Made by a program: the position numbers and the translations under genes | The notes under the pieces: model-generated | Databases searched by the model: none | Seen by the model: only the letters and a program-made list of their open reading frames with translations | What the model was told of the DNA's origin: nothing | Assembly: GCF_009914755.1 (NCBI RefSeq) | Contig: NC_060938.1 | Source: the human T2T-CHM13v2.0 reference genome, Homo sapiens | Reading direction: 5' to 3' (one strand) | Length of the DNA stretch: 64,000 nt | Shown: piece after piece, positions 1 through 10,075 of the stretch | Numbering within the stretch: position 1 is the stretch's first letter | Layout: every line of letters starts with the position of its first letter

Positions 1-933
1 TTCAAGGAACTTATTTATTTCTGCCTTAACTTCGTTATATACTCAGTAGTCATTCAGGAGCAGGTTGCTCTGTTTGCATGTAGTTGTGCGGTTTGGGGTG
101 AGTTCCTTAATCCTGAGTTCTAACTTGATTGCACTGTGGTCTGAGAGACTGTTTTGTATAATTTTTGTTATTTCGCATTTGCTGTGATGTGTTTTGCTTC
201 CAATTATGTGGCCCATTTTAGAATGAGTGGTGTGGTACTGAGAAGAATCTGTATTCTGTTGAAATGGGGTGGAGAGTTGTGTAGATGTCTATTAGGTCCA
301 CTTGGTCCAGAGTTGAGTTCAAGTCCTGAATATCCTTGTTAATTTTCTGACTTGTTGTTCTGTGTAATATTGACAGTGGGGTGTTAAAGACTCCCACTAT
401 TATTGTGTGGGAGTCTAAGCCTCTTTGTAGGTTTCTAATAATTTGCTCTATTAATCTGGATGCTCCTGTATTGGGTGCATATATATTTAGGATAGTTAGC
501 TCTTCTAGTTGCATTGAGCCCTTTACCATTATGTAATGCCCTTCTTTGTCTTTTTTGATCTTTGTTGGTTTAATGTCTGTTTTATCAGAGAGTAAGATTG
601 CAATCCTTGCTTTTTTTTTTTTTTTTTTTTTGCTTTCCATTTGCTTGGTAAATATTCATCCATCCCTTTATTTTGAGCCTATGCATGTCTTTGCATGTGA
701 GATGGATCTCCTGAATACAGCACACCGATGGGTCCCAGGCCCCTTGCACTTCCTTGGTGAGGCGATGCCCCACCCTGCTTCTGCTCATCCTCCGGGTGCT
801 GCACCCACTGTCAAACCAGTCCCAATGACATGAGCTGGGTACCTCAGTTGGAAATGCAGAAATCACTCACCTTCTGCATTAGTCTCCCTGGGAGCTGCAG
901 ACCAGAGCTGTTCCTATTTGGCCATTTTACCTC
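1..933 (-). mobile_element. L1PA-type LINE-1 (roughly L1PA5-8), 5' part: about 200 nt of 5'UTR fused directly to the ORF2 endonuclease region; continues left out of the window
   Basis: ORF 218..640(-) is the L1 EN domain (AILLSDK...KDKEGHYIMVKGS...LNIYAPNTGA...FNTPLS). 735-933 is the reverse complement of the L1 5' terminus (ATGGCC-AATAGGAACAGCTC...GATTTCTGCATTTCCAACTGAGGTACC). T21 at 611-631 frameshifts ORF2. Confidence 0.92.
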
Positions 934-2435
934 GCTACTGAATCTAAGATTTTCTAGGTATAGAATCATATCTCAGTGAAGAGAGATAGCTTGACTTCCT
1001 CTTTTCATATTTGGATGCCCTTTATTTCTTTCTCTTGCCTCATTCTTCTGGCTAGGACTCCCAGTAGTATATTGAATAAGGGTGTTGAGAGTGGGCATCC
1101 TTGTCTTGTTTAGTTTTTAAGGGGAGTAGTTCAAGGTTTTGCTCATTCAATATGATGTTGGCTGTGGATTTGTCATAGACGGCTCTTATTACTTTTAGGT
1201 GTGTTCCTTTGAAGTCTAGTCTGTTGAGGATTTTTATTATGAAGGGATTTTGGATTTTATTGAAAGCTTTATCTGTGTCTATTGAGATGGTCCCATGGTT
1301 TTAGCTTTTAATTCTGTTTATATGGTGAATCACATTTATAGATTTGTATATGTTGAACCAACCCTGCATCCCAAAAATAAAGCTTACTTCATCATGCTGT
1401 ATTAACTTTTTCATGTGCCGCTGGATTTGGTTTGCTGATACTTTGTTGAGGATTTTTGAACGTATGTTCATTAGAGATATTGGCCTGATGTTTACTTCTT
1501 TGTTGTTGTTTCTCTGCTAGATTTTGGTAGCAGACTGATGCTAGCTTCATAGAATGAGTTAGAGAGGAGCCCCTCCTCCTCGATGTTTTGGAATAGTTTC
1601 AGTAGGATTAGGATTAGTTCTACTTTGTACATCTGGTAGAATTTGGCTGTGCATCTGTCCGGTCCAGGCCTTATTTTGGTTGGTAGGTTCTTTATTACTG
1701 ATTCAATTTCAGAAGTTGATACTGGTCTATTCGGGGTTTCGATCTTTTCCTAATTCAGTTTTGGGAGATTGTATGCTTCCAGGAACTCATCTGTTTCCTC
1801 TACATTTTCTAATTTGTGTGCATAGAGTTGTTGATAGTCTCTGAGGATCTTTTGTATTTCTGTGGTATCAATTGTAGTGTCAGCTTTGTAGTTTATGTTT
1901 GTGCTTATTTTGATTTTCTCTAGCTAGTGGTCTATCAATCATATTTATTCTTTCAAAGAACCAACTATTGGTTTCATTGATCTTGCATATGAATTTTTGT
2001 ATCTCAATTTTATTAAGTTCTCTATAATGTAATTATTTCATTTTTTTCTGCTAGCTTTGGTGTTGGTTTGTTTTTCTGTTCTTTCCTTTAGGTGCTAAGT
2101 TAGATTATTAATTTGAGATTTTTCCAACTTCTTGAAGAAGGCATGTAAGGCTATAAACTTTCCTCTTAACAATGCTTTGGCTGCATCCTAGAAATTTTGA
2201 TAAGTTGTATTCCTACTGTAATTAATTTCAAAGAATTCTTTTTATTTCTGCCTTAATTTCAATGTTTACCCAGGAGTTATTCAGCAGTAAGTTGCTTAAT
2301 TTCCATGTGTTTCTGTAGCTTTGAGAGATCTTAATATTGATTTACATATTTATTGAACTGTGGTATAAAAGTGTACTTGACATGATTTTTTAAAAATTTA
2401 TTGAGACATACTTTATGACTGAGCATGTGGTCAAT
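934..2435 (-). mobile_element. Older L1 (L1PA15/16-like) ORF2 segment, inverted arm of a 5'-inverted insertion
   Basis: Continuous antisense L1 ORF2 (EN C-terminus to RT), e.g. gagagtgggcatccttgtcttg and ctggtagaatttggctgtg; orientation flips at about 2435. Confidence 0.88.
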
Positions 2436-3270
2436 GGACACTTCTCAAAAGAAAACATACAAGTGGCCAAAAAACATGAAAAAATGCTTAACATCACTAA
2501 TCATCAGAGAAAGGCAAATTAAAACCACAATGAGATACCATCTCACACCAGTCAGAATGACTGTTACTAAAAAGCAAAAACCAACAGATGCTGGCAAGGT
2601 TACAGGGAAAAAGGAACACTTGTGCACTGTTGTTGGGAATATAAATTAGTTCAGTCACTGTAGAACTAAGTCTGGAGATTTCTCAAAGAGCTTAAAACAG
2701 AGCTGCTATTCAACCCAGCAGTCCCATTACTGAGTATGTTACCAAAGATAAATAAATAATTCTACCAAAAAGACAAATGCACTAGTATGTTCATCACTGC
2801 GCTATTCACAATAGCAAAGACATGGAATCAACCCAGGCACATGTCAATGGTAGATTGGATAAAGAAAATGTACATATATACCATGGAATACTACACAGAC
2901 ATAAAAAAAGAATGAAGTCACGTCATTTACAGCAACATGGATGCAGTTGGAGGCCATAATCCTAAGCAAATTAACGAAGAAACAGAAAACCAAAGATCAC
3001 ATTTTCTCACAAGTGGAATCTAAACATTGGGCACACATGGACATAAATATGGGAACAGACTACTGGACTACTAGAGCGAGGAGGAAGGGAGGGAGTGGGA
3101 TGTGTGTCGAAAAACTACCTGTCGGTACTATGCTTACTTCCTGGGTGACAAGATTCATGCCCCAAACTTCAGCATCACACAATATGCCCACATAACAAAC
3201 CCGCACAAGTACCTTCTGTTTCTTAAAAAACAAAACAAAAAAAACCTTGAAATTGTTTTAAAAAATTAAA
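2436..3270 (+). mobile_element. L1PA15/16-like 3' end (ORF2 C-terminus, 3'UTR, A-rich tail)
   Basis: ORF 2425..2649 includes IIRERQIKTTMRYHLTPVRM; 3'UTR gaaaaactacctgtcggtactatgcttacttcctgggtgac; A-rich tail at about 3225-3270. Confidence 0.9.
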
Positions 3271-4519
3271 AACAGAATTTTAAATTAAATAATATTTCTA
3301 ATTTATTAAAGATTTTCAAAATAAATGACCATCACAGTTTTCATCCATACCACATTTAGGCAAATTAAATATATTTTCAAAATAATACTTAAATGCATTC
3401 AAGAAACTCCAAGGAAGGGACTTTAAGAAATTACTGTTACATGACTGACAACATGATGAAAACTTAGAAGATAAATTTACAAATGGAAATTGCTGCTTAA
3501 AATAAGAGATGAAAAGTTTATTAGAGGAACTTTTCACACACACAAAACAAACTTATCGGTTCCATGCATGTTCAGCAGAAAAGATCAAATATAAAGAATC
3601 ACCAGAATCTGATATTTGTAATGTCAACTCCTGCTAGATCGTTCTTTTTTTCTAATAACCTATTTAACAAATTAGAACGTTAAAAATGGTTTCTATTTTG
3701 TACCCATTTATCATCCTTCTTCAGGCCAGGCATTGCTCAGGCAAGAATGGTGAACACATTGACCTCTGCAAGACTCTGGGTTTTGGTCAAGTCCCCAGAG
3801 CATGCTGCAAAATGAGAAATGATGCCTCTTGACTTCAAGGTCATAGAGAAGAACAAAGTCCTCTAATAAAACAGTGGGAAATTATCTCCCTACTGTCACA
3901 AAGCAAAGTCTTAGATGTACTTTGAATTGTTTTTGAGTTTGGTGGGGAAAATGCTAGGCAGAGTAAAAGTAAGAGAAATGCAATAAAACATTTTTATATT
4001 GTATAATTATGAATATTTTTCTTGTCCATAAAGGAGGCACCAGAATAGTGCAGGTTGAACCATTAAATTTTGGACTGGGACAAAATATTCAGCAAAAAAT
4101 TTTAATCTTTAATAGAGAGGACATTGTAAACAAGGACAAGAGTAGTTTTATCATTTTTGTATCTAATATTTTGAAATAGAAGTTTGGGGCACTACGAAAC
4201 AAACTTTTATTAATTGAGGGATTGTAGAAATTTTCCTAATAAAATATGCCATCACGTTTTGTTGTAATCATCCCCAGCACACCACAAAATACCATCTGAT
4301 ATACCTATTTTTAATGTCTGAATCTTCTACTAGGCTTAAAGTTTCTTGAAGAGCTATCATCAAATCTTCTTATTCCTGGTTCTTGGCACAAGGCATATAG
4401 ATCAAATAAAGCCTTTCTAAGTAAAATAAAATATAAATGAACAAAGCCACCTTTTGCTTCACTTCTCTTTACAAGAATCAACCATGGTTGCATCTACTTT
4501 CAATGGCTGTCTATTAAGC

Positions 4520-4940
4520 TACTGATTTGGAGTTGCAGTTTTCAGAAACTAGAAGCTCAGAGGAGGAGCCCTGCAAAGCACATCACAGAACTCCAAGGAA
4601 CAGAAACACCTTTGCAGGTGTCACCTCTGAGGGAATACAGCAAGTTACTATTTTTGTGTGTGCTGGAAGAAACTAGAGGCTGAAGCCAATTGCGGGGGCT
4701 ACCCTGACAAGCTCTTCTGGGGCCATATAGCTAGGAGCAGCAAGCAAGCTGGAAGAGGGAAGTTTTGTTTTTTCTTCATCTTCCTGCCTTCCACTTTCTC
4801 TAAAAACCCCTTTGGGCAGTGAAACCAAGAAGTCAGGTGGTAAAAATAAATCTATTTTGTAAAGTCATATTCCAAACATCACAAAGCAAAAAATAGAAGA
4901 GTAGATAAGAAGGAAAGAGACAATAACCTAATAGCCCATG
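4520..4940. mobile_element. Highly diverged ancient LTR (LTR78-like)
   Basis: The end segment catcacaaagcaaaaaatagaagagtagataagaaggaaagagacaataacctaatagc resembles an old ERV LTR terminus (recalled, weak match). Confidence 0.3.
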
Positions 4941-5059
4941 AAGCTGTATATTAGACTTCAAACTCAATTACAAACTCCTTGAAACCAAAGACCTTCTCTA
5001 GTGTCTATCAAAATGAGCAGAAAATTAAAGGTGCTTGAAACTCTGTGCTGAATTGAAAT

Positions 5060-5445
5060 AATCTATTCATTTTTAAATTAATTCTACAAATGTCTATGGA
5101 GAACAAATATTTATTACAGACTCACTGCAGGCTACTTCAGATAAAAATATGAATAAGATACCATCTCTCCTTTCAGATAATTTACAACCTAATGAGAAAA
5201 ATAGATTGTAAACAAAAGCAATAAATAGCTTTTAGTAGTCAGTGTGATATTTGTACGATGGGGACCAAGATATTGGGAAAGGGAGAAAAATGATTCAGAT
5301 TGAAAAGATGGATATTTATTCCACTTGGTTAGTAATAACCATCATTCCAGCTATTGCTCTAGGCTTTGGGGATGAAATGGTGACTGCAAGGGACAAAATC
5401 CCTGCCCTTAACTGAGCTTATGGACTGGTGAAGCGTATAGACAAG
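5060..5445 (-). mobile_element. L2 3'-end remnants
   Basis: ctaggctttggggatgaaatggtgactgcaagggacaaaatccctgcccttaactgagctta resembles an antisense L2 3' end. Confidence 0.5.
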
Positions 5446-5788
5446 GAAGAACCTAGCCTCATCTGCTCTAATGTTGTATCATAAAGATATTGATCATAAG
5501 ATGGGTTCAGCAGGCCAGTCCAACTACGTAGCCAATCATTAATGTCTTCCCGTTCTATGTGTATCATCGCTAAATTTCTGTGTATGCTCGAAAATGAGAG
5601 GAGCTCACTAGACACCATTCATGCTTTTGATCTAGCCTCAAACAGCATAAAGAGGCAATGACTCTGCAGTGACCCCAATGGGCAGCACAATTCAATCACT
5701 CCAAAGAATTATACCTTGCTATTTAACTGGTCTGTCAATGGTGTCACCATCTCCAGATCTGGCAAGAAAACCAAATATCTGCAAAATA

Positions 5789-6025
5789 GGCAGATAGCAC
5801 AGTACTTTTAAAACTACAGAAACTCTACTGCTGGTATATGATGGGGGGAAGTGGACTTCAACTTGGGATCCTGATAGATCCCTGTCTGCATTGTGAATCA
5901 CTCACTTACTCACCAGTATACTACAGCCTAATTATTTAAATTGTCCGTGCCCCTGTATCTCATCAGAAAAATGAGAATAATATAGGACCTATGTTATATA
6001 ATTATTTGGGGGAATAAATAAATAT
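5789..6025 (+). mobile_element. MIR remnant(s)
   Basis: MIR-like start ggcagatagcacagt...aaactct and core tgtatctcatcagaaaaatgagaataata. Confidence 0.5.
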
Positions 6026-6585
6026 CTTTACAGTCCCTAATACCTTATCTGGGCTTTCGTAAATTCAGACATGATAAGCCCATACCATTACACCCTTTAC
6101 ATTCTTCGGATTGGTTTAATGGTGAATTCCACTATCAGGTCAACTCTAAAAGTTGTGTAGACTAGATACCAATATCACAGTATAGCTGAAGAAAACAAAC
6201 AATAAATTATTATTTTTTTTCCTTTTTTCAGTGGGGGATAAAATCTTATTATTATAAATCCATGGCAGAGCCTAGTCTACAAACTCGGCCTCTTGATTCC
6301 TAGTAGTATTAATTATAGATGTAAAAGGAAAAGGCACATGCATTTCAGAATAAATGTGCAAACAGAGAAACAAATAAATAAATGAGCCAATAAGTGAAGA
6401 AATACAATGATAAGCTGGTGTGTTTTTATTACAGCAATGCTCGATCATTTTGATTAATATTATGTGAAAGTACAAGACCTTAATAATAAGGCTAATTTCA
6501 ATGAAAGGTGGCACACAATTGTTATTAACCACTTCGCGCCAACATGCAAACCCACTGTATTCAGAGCGTAGAACAGACTGTATGA

Positions 6586-6847
<262 letters not shown>

Positions 6848-6859
6848 CTGTATGACTTT

Positions 6860-6983
6860 TTAGGGTTATCTCTAGAGAATAACACATATCCACACTCTCT
6901 CACCCCAAGTGAGAATCTTTCAATACTAAAGCAACCATTTTGCACATATTTTCAGAGAAACAAAACAATGACCAAATCAAAAA
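6860..6983 (+). repeat. Left arm of a unique-sequence inverted repeat
   Basis: TTAGGGTTATCTCTAGAGAATAACACAT...GACCAAATCAAAAA is the reverse complement of 7971-8115. Confidence 0.95.
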
Positions 6984-7970
6984 TAGGCATGCTATCAGGG
7001 AAAGCTGGTCCTCCAGCTCAGGTTTCCTGCAATTATGAATAGAGAGACTTGAGCCTTCAGGGGTTACTTTGTTTAACTTTAAAAAAAAATGAATAAAAAT
7101 GCAATAAACTCTAATAGAAAGCATGCTGTTCTTTTGTTTCCAGAAGGAATTACAAAATTATTCCTAACTCGATATGCCTCACTCCATGAAAAGGGAAATA
7201 TGAATAAGGGAAGGAAGAAAGAAAATGACTACAGTTTTGTTTTAACTTTTCAGAGCAGCAAACAGTAACAAAGACATTTCCATTTGAAAAGAAAAACACA
7301 TATTTCTCCCCATGGCTAAGGAAAACCACCTTATTAAACTTCATAGCCATGGAACACAGTTGGAAAAGTATTACTCAGTGGGAGCTTTTAACTTGCAACT
7401 AGTGGGTAACGAAATCTCCAGAGAATGAGTAGGTCCTATGATATCTTAAAAAGAGATGGAAAAGAGAAAAGCACAGTGAAAATCCAGTGGAGGTTGGTGG
7501 CCTCAGATTACAACAATTATAGGAACAAATGAGAAACATTTACTTACCTAGAAAGTTGCTGAGCTTTGTAAAGGAATCAAACCTGTTCTTCTGTGAGGCA
7601 ACTCTTAATTTTTGAGAGGACCACTGACCAATGCTATCTGTTAAAGATGATGACAAATAGTGTCATGTAGGTATACTCTGAGATGTCACCATAATGCACC
7701 CTCCTAGTCTCTTTGACAGTGGCAGAAGCAACCTAGCTAAAAGAAGTACAAAAGAATGTTATAGCACACCATACTAGTGAGAAAATAGTATTTGTTCAGG
7801 ATTTTAACACACGTATTCTGTTTTCTTTGAAGACTGTATCTAAGAAATTGTCTTGGTTTATGTGTTCTGCTATTTCTCCAAATACAGTGGGGTAAGGACT
7901 TCTCTGAGCTAAGTGTCTGATCACAGTACCCACTGAAAACTATGACACCTTTGGCCCTGTCAGGGTTCAC

Positions 7971-8115
7971 TTTTTGATTTGGTCACTGTTTGGTTTCTCT
8001 GAGAATACGTGCAAATGGTTGCTTTCATATTGTAAAATGATTGCTTTAGTATTGAAAGATGCTCACTTTGTGTGTGTGAGTGTGGCTATGTGTTATTCTC
8101 TAGAGATAACCCTAA
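7971..8115 (-). repeat. Right arm of the inverted repeat, with a roughly 20-bp internal duplication
   Basis: TTTTTGATTTGGTCA...GTGTTATTCTCTAGAGATAACCCTAA; the ORF track shows matching peptides on opposite strands (LIWSLFCFSEN vs MIWSLFGFSEN). Confidence 0.95.
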
Positions 8116-8120
8116 CCCTC

Positions 8121-8509
8121 TGGACTTGGCAGATATGGCTAAGAATCTTCAGATGGGGAGCTTCTTCTGGATTAACTGGAGAGATCCAGTGGAATCACAA
8201 GCATCCTGATGAGAGAGAGGAAGTTAAATCAGAAATACAAATAGAAGGTGTGATGATGGAAGCAAAAGGCTGGATGATGAGAGGAAGAATCCAGAAGCCA
8301 AGGAATGAAGACAACCACTAGTAGCTGGAAAAGAGAAAGAAATGGATTCTCCCCTCAGAGCCTCCTGCAAGAACCAACCCTGCTGACACCTTGACTTTTG
8401 TCCCACGAAACCAATTTTAGACTTCTGACCTCTAGAAACTTAAGACAATAATTTTTTAAGCCACTAAATTTGTAGTAATTTGCTCCAGCACTGACAGGAA
8501 ACAAAGACA
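8121..8509 (+). mobile_element. MLT1 (C/D-like) MaLR LTR lacking its 5' ~85 nt
   Basis: ggacttggcagat...cagatggggag...ggattctcccctcagagcctcc...ccctgctgacaccttgac...taagccactaaatttgtagtaatttg. Confidence 0.85.
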
Positions 8510-9719
8510 CTTCTTTTTCTTCATAGCCATTCCTAAAGCAGCCTCCAATAACAAACAACAAAGGAGGCTTATTTAAAAGCTCATGTTCTACATGCTTGAA
8601 AATATCAATTGTTTTAATGTGAACCGGGACTGTATTAGGCAATGCAGATGATCTGGACAGGGAAGTACCTTGATCTTCCATATCATTGATTTTTACATGT
8701 TGCTTCAACATGTATTCAATGAGATGAAACTAATTTCTCTGGTGAAATATCTCATAGCTTTTCTTCACCAATGACCCCTCATGCACAGTATGCAGCAATA
8801 TATGTGTGCCTATGAGCAATATCAATTTCTTGAATGACTGAATGTGATCTTCTGAAATAGGAAGCTTATTTTTATTTAAGGCTCTTAAATCTAGATAATG
8901 AAATTGCCACTCACTCCAGTAGACAGCACTGTAATGTGTCTCATTTGGTTTCAGAATTTTAACTGGTTCTGACTGCCAACTGTAGGAAGCCACCAGCTGA
9001 TTGACCTCAGGGTTGAGGGTATGCGTCTTTTCCATACAATTTATGTGGGAATGCCAAATTGTTTTTTAGTACAGATATATTTACCATGGAACTTAAAAAA
9101 ATGATTTAAAAGATGGTATGTAATCAGTTATAGCAGAACCAATTTATGTTTTATCAGTTATAAGGAATTATATGTGAAAACCTAAGTTAGCTGTACTTAT
9201 GTTTTTGATTTATGTCAGTGATATATTAGTGCCCCTTATGGACTAGTAGCAGTGAGATATCCAGCAACCTGCCCCAAGTCTGTCTCTGATCCCAAAATAC
9301 TGCTAAATGTATTTTGCATTTAAATACATTAAATGAAATAAAGTTTAATTTTCCCATTTGAGCCAGAAAAGGAAGGCTTCATCAGGAAACACTTAGTGTT
9401 AATTATTTCACATAATCAAGAACTAAAATGACTTTCTTTTTAATTATTTAAAATTCTTTAATTTAAAATGTCCACTTTTATACCAGCCTTCTCCTGTTCT
9501 CCAGGTTATTTAAATCAATGAGACTTTGTAAAATTCATATTACATGGAAGTAAGAAAAATCTTTGTCTGAAGAGCTAAAAGACAAGGGTTCTTTGGTCAC
9601 ATAAGGCAAGATATAGAGGAAAATTTCAATGAGTGTCAATGCACATAAGTTCTAGTCTAAACTTTGCCATTAAATTTCATGAACTTTAGGTAAAGCCTTT
9701 ATAACCAAGAAAATTATCC

Positions 9720-10075
9720 TTGAAGTCAAATGGACATGAATTCAATTCCAGGCTAACCTACTAAGTAAAATGAGTTATTTAATGTCTCTAAGTCTCAGGC
9801 TAACCTACTAAGTAAAATGAGTTATTTAATGTCTCTAAGCCTCAGATTTTAATTTGTAAGCTGAATGAAAGCAAAGATAATCATGAAAAGTGTTTATTCA
9901 TACATCAAAACATTGAGCACTTACTCTGTTGTAAACACTGCGTTGGACTCTCCAATTAGAGGGGTGGCTATTCCTTGGTCTCTCGGGCTTATTGTAAGAA
10001 TTAATGAAACAGTGCTTCTAAAGTCCTTGCACAGTACTCGCACCTAGTAGCTGCTTAATAAATAATAACTATTAT
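9720..10075 (+). mobile_element. MIR (interrupted) containing a 47-bp tandem duplication
   Basis: ttcaattccaggct...ttaatgtctctaagcctcag...ttgtaagaattaatga...ttaataaat. Confidence 0.6.

Noticed and set aside
218-866. 140-aa and 93-aa minus-strand ORFs as genes
   Set aside because: They are frameshifted L1 ORF2 endonuclease fragments; the poly-K comes from an expanded A tract.
3390-3610. Protein-like plus-strand translation (AFKKLQGRDFKKLL...EMKSLLEELF)
   Set aside because: It has in-frame stops, no splice signals and no recognisable family, and is compatible with A-rich chance sequence.
6860-8115. Non-autonomous DNA transposon with 125-bp TIRs
   Set aside because: There is no TSD and no known TIR terminus, and the right arm replaces part of an LTR. 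Kept as a rearrangement finding instead.
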